From Xylographa opegraphella (lineage: Eukaryota): a stretch of DNA of 64,000 bases. This document shows, piece by piece, positions 1 through 12,952 of the stretch (position 1 is its first letter; each line of letters opens with the position of its first letter). Below the pieces are notes generated by a model. It saw only the letters and a list, made by a program, of their open reading frames with translations. It had not been told where the DNA came from and made no database searches. Made by a program: the position numbers and the translations under genes. The stretch covers positions 1-64,000 of the forward strand of contig JALDZX010000039.1 in NCBI GenBank assembly GCA_022813865.1. Direction: 5' to 3'.

Positions 1-59
1 GGCCTATACCGAACTTCACCGAATATACGATTACTGTTGCCCCCGCCCTGATCCAAATA

Positions 60-250
60 CACGTTGCCTTTTAATAAAATTCAACAATAATTAATATAAT
101 TAAAGTACGATCGTATGCGAAAATAAATATATTTTATTTTACTATAATATATATACTGCGTTTTATATATTTACGTCTAAAATTTTTATAACGCGCTTCG
201 CAGCGGCTCGTATTTATAATAAAATTTAGTAGGAATATAAGCCGAGCCGG
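60..250. other. AT-rich, TpA-rich segment at the window edge, possibly a RIP-degraded repeat remnant
   Basis: Runs such as aataattaatataattaaa and tttttactataatatatatactg. CpA/TpG appear depleted by eye, and composition contrasts sharply with the GC-rich gene at 550. Confidence 0.45.
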
Positions 251-549
251 GGTTTGTATAACATTACGCGAGAAAAAAATTGTGACCCGAACCACCGACA
301 AGTATCTGTGGAATATGGTTACTGTACACGCTACTATTCCAGCCTCATGAAGCCGGACTCGATAGTGCACGATCCAGACCCAGCTGAAAGTACCTTACTT
401 ATACTACCGCGAGACGGCTCAAGATCACTCAGTAGCTATCGACAATCGCATAGGTAGCTAATGGGTGAAAGGCCAATCTATAAAGCCCGGACTCGACTGC
501 TTTCCCCTTCCGTCACCATGCTGTTTCCCCATTCACCAGTCCCGTCGAA

Positions 550-1694
550 ATGCTCGCTGTCGTCCCCCTCCTGTCAACGGCAAAGCACGCCGCGATCGCG
601 GTCCTTCTCTCGTGCTGCGTCCTTGCAGCCAATGCCCTCGACGCGGTGACTTACGGGGCCTTCACCGTCACCGCCACCTACAGCGTGGCCAACCAGCTCG
701 GCTTCTTCACGCACAACAACCTGAACGTGTCGTACGTGCAGATCCCGAACTCGACGTACGGGTACGCGCAGCTCCTAAGCAGGAAGTACGACCTGCTGAC
801 CGGCACCATCGACAACGCGGTCAACCTGCGCTTCACGCAACACCAGAACGTCACCGTCCTCGGCCAGCTGGACGGCGGCTGCGGGCTGGTGGTCGCGTCC
901 GCGCCGGGTATCACCGCTGTGACGGACCTGAAGGGCAAGGCCTTGATAGTCGACTCGCCGACCAGTGGGTATGCGTATGTGCTGCGAAAAGTCCTCGGCC
1001 TCTTCGGCCTGCAATTCGGCACCGACTACTTTTTCCAAGTAAGTCTTCGCCCTGACACCGTCGCCTTGGTTACAGCCAGGCACTGACTCGTGCAACCCAG
1101 ACCGCAGGCTCGACTCCGATCCGCTACAACGATCTTCTCGCCGGCTCGCTCCCCAACGGCTCAGCCGTCTACGCCACCATCCTCACGTTCCCCTATACCG
1201 CCCAGTTGGCGTTCGTCGCCGCGCCTCAAACGCCGAATATCCTCGCCACCGTCGCCGACTACATCCAGCCCTTCACCTCCAGCGCTTTCCAAGTCAACCA
1301 GGCCGCTCTCGGCAACACGACCGCGAAGGCCCTCCTCACGCGCATCCTCGCCTCCTTCTCCGCCGCCAACGCCTTCCTGGCCGAGCCGAAGAACGCGAAG
1401 TGCGCGGTGGCGGCCATCGCGGCGCAGCTGAACGTCAGCACCGCGGTCGCGCAGGCGGAGTACGCGGAAGCGACCGACCCGCTGACGGGCGAGACGAGCC
1501 AGCGGATGTTCGAGGTCAACCGGCAGGGCTTGCTGAACGTGATCGACGTGCGTGGCCAGTTTGGGGGGTTTGCGAATCTGACGGCGTTCGACTTCGCCGC
1601 GGCGATTGTGCCTGGGCCGGGACAGTTGATCGATTACTCCGTCAGGGACGCGGTGGTTAATGTGACGAGTAAGTATAAGCCGAAATGCTCGTAG
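550..1694 (+). CDS. Secreted protein with a probable type-2 periplasmic-binding fold (NMT1/THI5/SsuA-like); 2 exons (550-1038, 1101-1694)
   Basis: Hydrophobic N-terminal signal-like segment. Motifs GFFTHNNLNV and ITAVTDLKGKALIVDSPTSGYAYVL resemble SsuA/THI5-type binding proteins. Intron 1039-1100 (GTAAGT...CTGAC...CAG) joins the two ORFs in frame. Confidence 0.7.
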
Positions 1695-3694
1695 GGGGGA
1701 AGGGGAATAGGGGTATGGTCGGTTCGTCTGTTCAATGCGGGTATTCATGTTGGTATAAACCACCCGTGAGAGTTCCTAATGACGGAGCAGCTCGACACAG
1801 TACAATCGAGATGTGAGAACTGCGATCTGACGTTGCGTATCAAGAAAACAAGAATTCGTCAGTTGTGGAGCCACATCTCGCCCATGTCCTAATACATAAA
1901 ACTTATAGCCTTCTCCTTATGCTTTACCTCTGATTTACTATACCAGAACAGAACCGTCGCTCCGGCCTTCCCACACCCGACCTGTGGCTGTTCCGCCCGA
2001 TTGACTTTACGCTCCCCTTTCGCTTCGTAGAGGGACTCGGAAGCCGGAGAGTGCGTAGGATATCTTCACTACCTTGTCAGCCATTACCGCCGCTGGTTGT
2101 TTGAGTGCTGCGAATCCAGCTTTGCGTGATGTCAGTGCGGAAGAGTGGAGCGGGCTTGACAGAGTAAGGCGAAGCGGTTGTTGGCTTTGTTCTTGGTCAC
2201 TTTGGCTAGAGGTTCTTTGGATGATGGAAAATCTTAAAATCGACTTCATGTCTCGTAAACACTTCGTCACGATATGGGTGAACCATAGAAAGTAGTTGAT
2301 TTAAGTTGTAGAATTCGTACACTTATCCTACGGCAGGATCAAATCGGTATATCCCGAGTACCTAGGCATTCGACTGGCTGCTGCGCTATATGCTTGCATG
2401 ATTGCCAATTGTGCCTGGCTCTTGGCGAAGCAGGATGTTTCTCTAACTGGAGAGAAGAGTGTAAAGCAAGCTTCTCCTGTGATGCTTTCTCCGGAATGCT
2501 TCACGCTTATAATTTCATGCTCACTGTTTGACTGACTCTTGGGGGAAGAGTTTGCGTGTGTAACCCGGCACCATAGGAGGCTTGGATGGTAGAAGAATAG
2601 AACCTGACACATACCCCGGTCTAAGCTTAAGTTGAGTTGAAGAACTCCTGCATCTCATCTGCGGCTGTTCAGTCTATGTTGATGCCATGTGAGATGGATG
2701 TTGGTGGCGATGCCGGTGAGGCTCGGCAACCAACAAGTCTAGTCTAGCCTAGGACTAGCCTATATCCTAATAGGCCCTAGCTGCAGCAGGCTTTCTTTTC
2801 ACCTTTCTTCCTTCCACTCCAAGTATCTCATCAATAACCTCCGCTCCTTCACCCTTTCGACTTATCAAGACCGTGGTGTCACTGTCCAGTCCCCACAGTG
2901 GCCCTTCGGTGTGCTGTGTGGTGCTGCGACACCGCTTTCAATTATGATTCTTTCCTTTCTGAATTCTGTTTCACTTGGCCGTCAACTTCAGGCGTGCCGA
3001 GAGGGCTGTGCAGTCTTTCAGGCGGTAATTTTAGGGGCCTTTCCCCCTGAACCCCTCCGGATGCCAAGTAGGATCCTCAGCGATCTGTTTCTGCTCGCCC
3101 CCACTCGTTCTGCATGTTGTTGGTCAGTGAGCAAATAACAGCTGTTTCGCGTGGCTTGAAGAATATGCTTATAGCTTACCGGAATCTGCCGCTGCCCCCT
3201 TCTCTAGCAGTTTGACTTGTTCTGTAAGCCATGCACGAACCAGTGGCTTGGATTGGCTGAGTCGTTGTCGCACGAAGGATGACGATGTTGGATTTGGTTG
3301 TCGCCGGCTGTTATTCCACGCGACTTCCAACATGTTCTGCAGCGGGTCTCGAACTTATTACTAATTTATTCTTGCTTTCACCAGCACTACGATATCCGTA
3401 GCTGACCACTTAGACAATGGATCTGCTAGGTCTGACCGAAAGGAGCTTCTCGAGCCAAGTCGACCACAACTTCCTGTGCCTTGAAGCTAAGCCACCGTAC
3501 CGCATATCTATTGCTTATAATGATTTCTTCTCGCAAATTATATCTTCACCTGACGCTGCACTTTGCTTGCATGTCTGTACTTATTATTGATTTTCCATGC
3601 TCCGCTCGTAACTCCTAAATCTGGAGTTTACGGTCTTGCTTGAATTTCCCTCATCCAGCTAGATCAATTGAGTATCTAGCATATTTCAGTAACA

Positions 3695-5605
3695 ATGGAT
3701 TACTTGCCGAAGTTGGGATCTCTTCCCCCCATGCATGATGTTATTGTTCCGGAGGAAGATCATCGTACCTTCGCGATCTCGCATCCAGACCATCTCAAGC
3801 TCTATGCCTCCCCATTAGCTACTCAGGAGGATATGCACCATGTTGGCCATATTCATGACAACGGTCATGGCGAACCCCACGAACACAATTCTCACCATAA
3901 CCATTCGATCTCTTCGTCAAGCACCGAACATGCCGTGCCAGACATGAAAGACCCCGATGTCCCGATCTTGAAGAGAGCCCATGAAGCTAGCACGATCCAG
4001 TTGTTCTTCGACCTATTCTTCGTGGCCAATCTAACCACCTTTACCTCCCTGCATGAAATCAATACCTGGACGGGTAAGTTCTCCGTACTTTATTCATCCT
4101 CTAGGCGTTTGCAGAACCCAGACTGACACACAATAGACCTCTCGTCATACGTTGGGTACTTCGCGGTAATCTGGTTTACCTGGCTGCAGAATACTTTGTT
4201 TGATGTCCGTTTCAGCAACGATTCAGCCTACGAGCGAATGTGCAAGCTTTTACAATTCGGGGTCATGACTGGCTTTGCAATAACTGGGCCTGGTTACAAC
4301 ACAGCTTGGGCGAATTCCCAGGACGCTGCGAACTCGATATTGGCGTTCAGGGCCTTATCACTGATCTTGATGTCAAGTCGACTCATTCTGACCTTCCAAT
4401 ATGGTGTAGCATTTTTCCTCTTACGGTCCTACAAAAAAGCGTTCGTCCCAATGGCCGCTCACATGGCTGTACTGTTCGCCTCAGCTATGTTGTTTTTAGG
4501 CATGTCTTTTGCCTTCACCCGGACATCGAGCGAAAAGGTACTGATTGGTTGGTATCTCATTGTGGCTGCCGAAGCTCTAGCCATATCTATGATCTCGGGT
4601 CAAGTCAATTTCTTGAGTTTCCGAGCAACAGTCATTGTGGAAAGACTAGGGCTTCTCACTCTCATCGTTCTAGGAGAGGGCATCATTGGTATGTGTGAGG
4701 CTATCAATAAAATCGGATCAGACAACGTCTATTCAGCAGACATAATCGGAACGGTCATCTGCTCAGTCGGCATACTATATTTCATGTGGATGCTGTATTT
4801 CGACCAAATTGCTCCGGACCGGATGGGAACAATTCGAGAGCACATCTGGGTTATACTACATTTCCCATTCCATGTCTGTGTGATCCTAGTTGTTGAAGGT
4901 CTCAGTCGGCTCTCGGTCTGGCGGAAATTGACGGACGTCACGAGTGACTTACAGACTACGTTCACAAATGTACCGCAAAATCTCAAGTCCGAAGACCTGG
5001 TGAATTATATCGACACCACTTTGAATCGGCAGCTCAACAACTTCACGAGCTTTCAAGGCTCTGACATTGGGGCTCCAGACTTCAGTCAATTCTACGATCA
5101 GATACTGCAAGCGGACGGAAACAAAACTGCTATTACGGAAGGTGTCAATGGCACCTTCATAAGCGCTGTTGGCTGGGTTTGCCGGAATCTGAAGGTCGAC
5201 GTTCCAGACAGCAGCTCCGGCAACGAGATCGATTTTGTGAATTCGATATACAGTTCCTTCACCACCGTCTTCATCTATTTCTTCACGTTCGCTGGCTTTG
5301 TCCTTATCCTGCTTGCTGTTCTCTTCCTCCTCGGCAAGCGCCGTAAACTCCGAGGCGAACTCCTCGCAGTGTGTGTTCGAGCCATCTTCGGCATTGCGAT
5401 TTCTCTGTTGGCACTCATGGCTGTTCCTGCTGTAGCCACCAAAGACAACTCGGCGTATAATGCCTACATGTTCAGCGCGTGGATGTTGCCGACCATTCTT
5501 ATCTGCTACCTCACCGTTATCGTTATTGACAACCTCCTTATTCGATATATCCACCAGGTCGTCAAGTGGCGCTCGCATCTGCATATTAAAGGTTATGACG
5601 CTTGA
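3695..5605 (+). CDS. Low temperature requirement A (LtrA)-family multi-pass membrane protein; 2 exons (3695-4073, 4137-5605)
   Basis: Motifs STIQLFFDLFFVANL, FDVRF and ERLGLLTLIVLGEGII, plus many TM segments. Intron 4074-4136 (GTAAGT...CTGAC...TAG) restores the frame. Confidence 0.8.
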
Positions 5606-6242
5606 GTATTTCGTTGTTCATTGGAACCTTTCATGTCTACCAAAGTCTGATAGAAACTTTTGAACTCGTTCGATCTATTACCACGCTGCGTTGCAGGAAA
5701 ACAACAGTTCCGCAACTTGCGGTTAGGCAACGTCTTCACGCTTACCCAGAACGAGCGACCTGTATGCAAACTATAGGACGGGGAATGGTTTAGATCATAT
5801 CTGCCGTTTCCGAAGTACTGCGAAACTCGGGGCACATCTACCCAGCTCTGGGTTAGATCAGACGACGAAGGTCATCCCAGGGCCAACTGCAGATGGAGCT
5901 GCAGCGCTGTTGCAATCTTCAACTCCGCGCGTGAAGAATAGTCTGGCAAATATTCATGCCATTTAGAGTCGATCGCAGCTATACAATGGCTATTGTAGCT
6001 GCAAGGTTAGGGGAGTTGAGGCTACCGTGTATACTTTTTAGCTACTCGCTTCACAATGGTGATAGCCCATGTCAGAACAAGGTCTCGCGCAATGTCTTCT
6101 CCAAAATACAAAGTGATCCAAGTATTGTTGCTATTACTTTGCTTCCATACTTCAAGAAATTCAATGCTTAAATACATGAGCAGGCCCCATGACTACCCCA
6201 GTACAAGTACAATATGTATCAAGTAATAGTACTCACAAGGAC

Positions 6243-7539
6243 TTAGCTCTCGTCGCTTGAACTCTTGCAATAGATAGCTACCATGTTCCCTTCTGAGTCT
6301 GGGCCTTGGTAGGAGAGTCTCTTCGCTCGCCCTGTACTCTCAAAATTAATCAACCGACACGCATTATCTACCGGGGACCAACATACTTGCTTCTTTGGCA
6401 GTCAACTTGGAGCTCCGCCTCCGTTCGGCCTTACAGATATCGATTGCAAGATCGCCACCATTCGCGATCAACCTGTCTGCAAGCTCGGCCGGAAAACTGG
6501 CACTACCACGGCAATGGTCAAGGGCTTTAACGAAGAAATCCTTGAACAACCTGTCGGACTTTGGGGTCTGAGGGTACACCTCTTCGCCGAGCTTGAGTAC
6601 CAAGGCAGGGCTGTCCTTTAGTATGGCCAAACTCTCAAGCTTCGAGATGACCTGCTGCTTCAAAGAATCCAATCCGAAAGCACTGGCTTCGATGTACAGA
6701 AGTGCTAGGTCGTTCGCTAGCCCTTCCTCGTTGTCCCATTGCTCGTAGTCAATGCCGTGAGTATAGAGATACTCGAGTACGAAGCGAAATGTTTTCGGGA
6801 GTATGCGAGCCATTCGAAGGGTCTTCAATGGTTGGCCGGGCGAAAGTGTTTGTCCGCAGTAACGGAGACTGTGCGAGAACGGAAGCATGAGCCCAGTATA
6901 GATGTCTTGAAGGCCCGACTTCCAGCTCTACCAACGAGCTGCTAAAGCGACTATCGATGGTGTCAGCCATCATTCTTCACAAGCAGTCCGGCACCTAATG
7001 GGGCAGCGTACATTCCCATCCTCAGGGGGAATTGTCTCGCCACCTTTGACTGGCTCAGGCGGCGAGGGTTCCACCACCAGAGCTGGTTGGCTCTATCCCA
7101 AGGTCAGATTATGAGACAACAATATCCATGTCACGGGTGGAAAGCACGTACCGGTTTTGTGGAAGGGCCAGCAGTTGGGTATGATTCCTGCCCGGCATTA
7201 CTAGCATTTCTCAAATAATGGTACATGCTCTGGTGGGTACTTACCGTCGTGTGAATTATCTTGGGTGGTTGGTAGATTTTCTGGGATTCATAAATCAGCC
7301 TCAAGAGTTCCGAGCTTTCAGTGGGGGGAAAGATAGATTTACAGCGCCAAAAAGTCCGATTTTCAGCACAGGTGGACTGCATAAGACCCGAGGTTGATCG
7401 GGACGCGGCTCTCTCTATCGGTAGAATGACTTAGTAACTGGTGTGCTGACCCAACAAATCGAATCATTACATTTACGTCTCTCCGCTCGAAGCTTGCAGG
7501 CCTTGCCTTCTTGTCGCCGGGCCTTGCGTTGTCCTTCAT
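6243..7539 (-). pseudogene. BTB/POZ-domain gene, copy 1 (7 inferred coding exons), with 1-nt frameshifts
   Basis: VELEVGPSRHLYWAHASVLAQSPLLR and PKTFRFVLEYLYT lie in different frames, with an extra base near 6848. There is also a phase mismatch at the end of exon 5 (~7012-7030). Exons align with copy 2. It could be an intact gene with assembly indels. Confidence 0.65.
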
Positions 7540-9147
7540 CCTGGCAGGGTGATGGTACTTGTGACTTAAGCAGAGATTTCAAGGAATCTATGGATTTGAC
7601 AAGTACGACACGAACGAGTACAGGATCGCCAGTTCAGGTTTGCTATGACAGAGGACAAGAGGAGGAAGCAAGAATGGATTCATATGTAGCCACCGTTGGG
7701 GACTAATCAGTAACACGATCCGATGTTGTGGACATTCACCACTGCTTCTTACCAGTGTGGCTGCTTCTTTTCACGAGTGTTGTTGTTCCCTTGGTAGGGT
7801 GTGAGGCAGGCACACTTTCCGCAAGCTGTAGCGTTACTCAAGCAACAAATGCCAGTGGCGGCCGTCACGGCAGCGTAGGCCACATGATCGTGCAATACCA
7901 TAGGCAGGTCAAACAAAGGCCGAAGGAAAGATTTCCGCAAAAGGAAAAAAGCCGACGGAGAAACAGAAAAGAACTGGCTCGCCATATACTTTGAGCTATC
8001 TATATCGGCTCAATATCACGGAGTCAAAGGCAAAGCCCCCCCGCCCGTTCATATAACGCTCCAAGACAAAGGACAGTAGCAATCAAGAAAACGTGCAGAA
8101 TACCAGAATGGGCCGATTACTTCAATATGGCATGGCTCAACCGAAGCAGTCATTTCACAACGATCCAAAACCCATCTCCGAAACAACCAATACGACGAGT
8201 GATCGATAAATTATTCCCACTTAAATCCACAGCCTCTGCGCCTGTCCTCTGAAACGACACGTATCAAGAGTTCCGACCACGCTCGTGCCCAAATCCCAAG
8301 CTCATCTACACAGATAGTTCGCTCCCGATAGGGGCCCTGTTCAGAAGAATGAGTAGGACTGTAGGGGCTATATTGGGACTTTTATCTATTGTAGTCTGGA
8401 GCTACATCCATTTCGTTCAAAGACGTCCTACTCTGCCTGAGCTAATTTACCGACAACAGGAGCGACGCCTCACCTGCGACTCATAAGCCGTCCTGTATAT
8501 CGCCACTTTTTCAACACAGATTGGCTCATCCGGTAGCCGGCGCGAAGCATACCAGCCGCAGCGAACATACGGAGTAGGTGGTCTTCGTAGTGTAGTGATG
8601 TCCCCTATTCCGCAATGTCGTAAAACCCTACGCAAAACGTGCAAACATGCCAAGATCCAGCTGGGATAGGATAAGGGACTGCAGACCCTGGCGGGCTGGA
8701 GCCCTAATCATTTTATGCAGCAGTGCTAGCGAGCGCTGTGGACGGTACTAAAATGGTGGTGGAATAGTACTGGACGTAGATGTCTCGTTAGAAGGGACGA
8801 AAGGGCTCGGACATATCAGCAACTGGGCCAGCCATGTCGGAGGTGTTTATAGGGGTCGAGACGCGGCAACGGAGAGGAAGGCGATTAAAAGGGGTGGAGG
8901 ACGGATGCAGGGCTTGCTTAGGTCAAGGACCTGGGTTCGAAGGCTATGTAAGAGGAGGAAGAGATAGTGCCGTGTTCAAGTGCATGATAGAACAAGGTCT
9001 CGCGCCGTGTCTTCCGTCTCTATATTGTAAAGTAATCCATACATTGCCACTACGACCTTCCTAAACCGCTACCATACTTGCAAAATAAACAGGCTCCATT
9101 ATATCGAGGCAGAGTACAACACGATAGCATCCTAAACACGCCACTAC

Positions 9148-10400
9148 TCAGTTTTCCTCGCTAGAGCTCATATCGTAAATGGCGATATGGTTACCCTGAG
9201 AGTCGGGCCAATCATACGAGAGTCTGCGCGCTCGTCCTAAAATACGATCAGCCACTGCGCACGTCATTTGTATTCGCAGCTCTTACTAGCTTCTTTGGCC
9301 ATGAGAATTGAGCTCCGCTTCCTCTCCGATTTATATATATCCGACGCTAGGGTCACCGCCCTTGGCAATCAGCGTATCGGCATAGCCTTCGGGGAAGCGG
9401 GCCGGGCCTTCTCGGCACTGCTCCAGAGCTTTGATAAAGAGGGCTTTGAAGAGTTTGTCTACTTTAGGGATATGAGGGTATACCTGCTCCGCGAGTTGCA
9501 ATACCAGTGTTGGATTATCCTTAAGAGCTGGCATGGTCTCGAACTTCGACACGATAAGTTGTTTCAATAAGTCAAGACCGAACGAGTAGGCCTCGATGTA
9601 TAGTAACGCCATATCCATGGGCAAGTTTTCACCACTGATCCAGTCATCGACGTCCAGTCTGTGGGTGTACAGATATTCGAGAATGAAGCCAAACATTCGG
9701 GTGTAATTCTCTTTATCTGCACAGCCCGCCAAGGAACACCGGGAGGGTATGCAGCTCTCAACCGTGGAGACTGGGTAAGTACAGCCACGTGAGCAGTGAA
9801 TACTTGGTTTTGTGGCCCTATTAAACAATCCACGACTGGTCCTGAAAACTGGCTAATCTTTCCTTAGCTATAGTACAGGGGGAGTCTGTATGAGAGTGAA
9901 ACGTACGTTCCGTTTGCTACAAGCCTCAACTCGCTGCCTTTGACTGGCTCGGCCGGAATATCTTGCTTTGCCGGAGTAGGCTCAGCCTGCTCAGAGTTAG
10001 AGATTGAATAGATATGAAGCCATATACAAGTACGAACAGGTGGCTTCGAGGGACCATGAGCAGGTAATGACTCCTTCATAGTAAGACTAGTCGTACTAGG
10101 TTGGATTACTGAGGATAGTACTCACTGGACGCCCAACGTTGGAACGCTCCACAGTAGGCCGTTCATAAGTCCTCTGGTAGAGAATTAGTCGCACGACTCA
10201 TTTCCGATGATGTTAAGTACACTTACCCGACCAAAAAAATCTACCTTTGGTACCGGTGGGCTGTACACCCTTGGGTACTCTTTGGGCTTTCCAGACTAGG
10301 ATATCGCATTAGCCTAAGTCGAACGATCGTTAAAACATTCAGATATACATACATCTTTTCGTTCAGGACATTTGCCCTTCGAATCTGCGTTGTCTTGCAT
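9148..10400 (-). pseudogene. BTB/POZ-domain gene, copy 2 (7 inferred coding exons), with 1-nt frameshifts
   Basis: VDCLIGPQNQVFTAHVAVLTQSPRLR and MFGFILEYLYT are split by a 1-nt deletion at ~9697-9701. A 1-nt insertion lies at ~9351. The last exon (RARRLSYDWPDSQGNHIAIY) is homologous to that of copy 1. Confidence 0.65.
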
Positions 10401-11551
10401 ATTGAGAGCTCTATGGCACACTTCATATTGTGAGAGAGTTAGTGGAAGTGTTTCACAAGAATCGAGATCAGACACAGCACGAGGAGAAATAGACTGGAGA
10501 TTCATTTGCTTCTTACCTTTGTACAATAACAAGAAGAGTTTGGTGTATAAGTAATGAGAGGAATTCTGATTTCAATGACGGTGCTGAGTTGTAGAAAAAG
10601 AAGCTGTTATGAGTGGTTGAAAAATGGAAGAGAAAGTTGAGATGGAGGGCATGAGATCTCATATATAATCTGCAGGACTAGTAATTGACACCGCATCGTG
10701 TCATAGACATCTTTGAGAGTTGACACTGGATAGTACAGTGTTGTTCACCTAGACGGCGTGTGAAGAAGTTAGAGACCGGGTGTATTTGGGTTGTTACACA
10801 TGCTGTGCAGGAACAGTGCTGACCTCTGAAGGCCTCCAAGGTCTTTGAACCCATGGACAGTATAATCAGCACTGATCATGATGAAGACACTTGTAGAAGC
10901 CCTGCTGAGCGATTCAGACACCAGCAAGACGGAACAGAGGCATCTATATCAAGCTGCCAAATAAATGAGATCAACTGAAAATGAAAACTCAGGCGGCAAA
11001 GCCTACCGTTTATATAGACCATAAACAAAGGAAATGATAAGTGAGCAAACAAGAGCCTTACAGAAAATCAGAACGGTCTCAATGAGTCTATGATACTACT
11101 TATAAAGAAAAGAGAGAATTTTGAAGTCGTGGACCTATGGAATCTTAACAGATGATTTACCAGGGATACTCTCCAAAGATTGCAGGTTTTCAGGTCCTGT
11201 ACCATCACTACTTCGCTCAAACAATCTACCTGAACTAATCAGCGCTTTTAGAAACCAAGTTTGATCGATTACTTACAAGCTGCTCCGCTATTGCCACTAT
11301 TTCGAGCGCAAAACTTTTCCATTCCGTGGCCCATCCACAGCACACCTGATAGGACAATCTACACACTAGGAGTATCTCACACATAGACTTTCAGTCCTGC
11401 GTTATGATATACCGAATTACCAACACTAAACTGCCCATGAACGGGGAGCTTGAGAATTGGCCGAGATAGCTATAACATTCCAGTTTCATGGTCCATCCAA
11501 AAAGAGTAATGTGTTTTGACCGCAAGCTGCAGATATAAATTCTGATATCAG

Positions 11552-11880
11552 ATGCTGTCCAACGCGACCCGGCTCACTGGCCTGAGCCGGATGAGTATCT
11601 GCCTGACCGCTGGCTCTCAGCTCCCGAGGGTGCGTTGTACCCTGTGAAAGGCGTGTGGCAGCCCTTCGAGCATGCGCCGAGATTATGTATCGGTCTTGAG
11701 TTGTCGATTGTTGAGATGAAGGTCGTGCTGATGTTGGTTGCGAGGTCCTAGACTGCAGCTGCGTATGAGGACCTTGACAGCCGGGACGGCAAGGGAGCCA
11801 TTAGCACTGTCGATGGAGCGAGAATGTAGCAGTGGGGTGCTGGACAGCCGTGCGAGAAGTTGCCTCGTAGGGTTAGGAAT
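11552..11880 (+). pseudogene. Cytochrome P450 C-terminal relic
   Basis: Manual translation gives AVQRDPAHWPEPDEYLPDRWL...LYPVKGVWQPFEHAPRLCIGLELSIVEMKVVL, containing PERW-like and heme-Cys motifs. In-frame TAG stops at 11749-11751 and 11827-11829. No recognisable N-terminal half. Confidence 0.85.
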
Positions 11881-12076
11881 CTTGCACTGAGGCGTTCTGA
11901 GTGCAAGAGGCGTTCTGAGAAAGTCACGCGATTGCTTGAGTCGTCTTCTGGATTTTATGAGAAGAAAGTAAGTCCTATGTGCAGAAGAAAGCATACTTGC
12001 TACAGTTCTGAAGGATTGAGGTCATACTCGACAACTTTCATCGTTTAAATCATTGAGCCAGGTCATCTCTACCACA

Positions 12077-12952
12077 TCAATCCCAGTAGAAAGTCCTCAT
12101 AGGCACGCGCATCATCTCATCGTTCCACCCCTTCACCACGCCATCTCCAGCAGCACCCGCACAAACTACCAGCGGGCTGAAATGCTCCGCAGCTCCTCTT
12201 GGATGGATCTGCGCCGAGCCTTCCCACTGCTTCCAAGCCAACAACCGCTCTTCCCGCTGATCCACTTGAGGCATTCCAATGGCTTGCTCGAGAGTCGCAC
12301 TCCATTGCTTCTGCATGCTTCGGAATGAAGGCGTGTTGACTTTGCCGTTGAAGTAACTGCTAACATGGTGGAAGGAGGCGGAGCCGGAGCCAATGATGGC
12401 AATGTTCTGCGAGCGTAAGGGAGCAAGCGCACGGCCCATGGCGTACAATTCTGCTGGGGATTGGGATCTCAAGACCGAGACTTGGACGATTGGTATGTCT
12501 GCTGCCGGGTTGATTAAGAGAAGAGGGATAAAGACCCCGTGATCCCAGCCTAGGCACACATTAACTGGTCGTCAATTGCCTTTGGTAGATTAAAGTTTAC
12601 CCCTCTCTGAGTCCATTACACTCCTCAGGCCAGCGGCCTTGAGCGCCTTAGCAACGGTGTCGGCAACCTCCGGACTGCCGGAGGCATTATACTTTAGCTT
12701 GTAAGCCTCCGCAGGGAAGCCGCCGTAGTCGTAGTAGAGATCATGCTTCGAGCCATTGCTGATTGTGATGACATCCATCTCCCAGTGCGCTGTGACGAGC
12801 ACGATGGCCTTAGGAGCTTCCGAAGTACCCAGCTTCAGGATCTTAGGGACTTTGGTGGAAAGACTGAGAGTAATGTCCTTCTGGCTTGGGTCCTTTAGTA
12901 TGGGCATCGGCCCACCACCATGGGTAACGCAGATTACAGGCGCCGGGGCCAT
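12077..12952 (-). CDS. Extradiol ring-cleavage dioxygenase, class III (LigB / DOPA-4,5-dioxygenase-like); 2 exons (12952-12601, 12549-12077)
   Basis: Motifs THGGGPMP, VTAHWE, YYDYGGFP, RGWDHGVFIPL, GSGSASFH and HPRGAAEHFSPL. Intron 12550-12600. Confidence 0.9.

Noticed and set aside
2737..2782. Cluster of CTAG-containing short repeats
   Set aside because: Too short and irregular to call a repeat element or a regulatory site.
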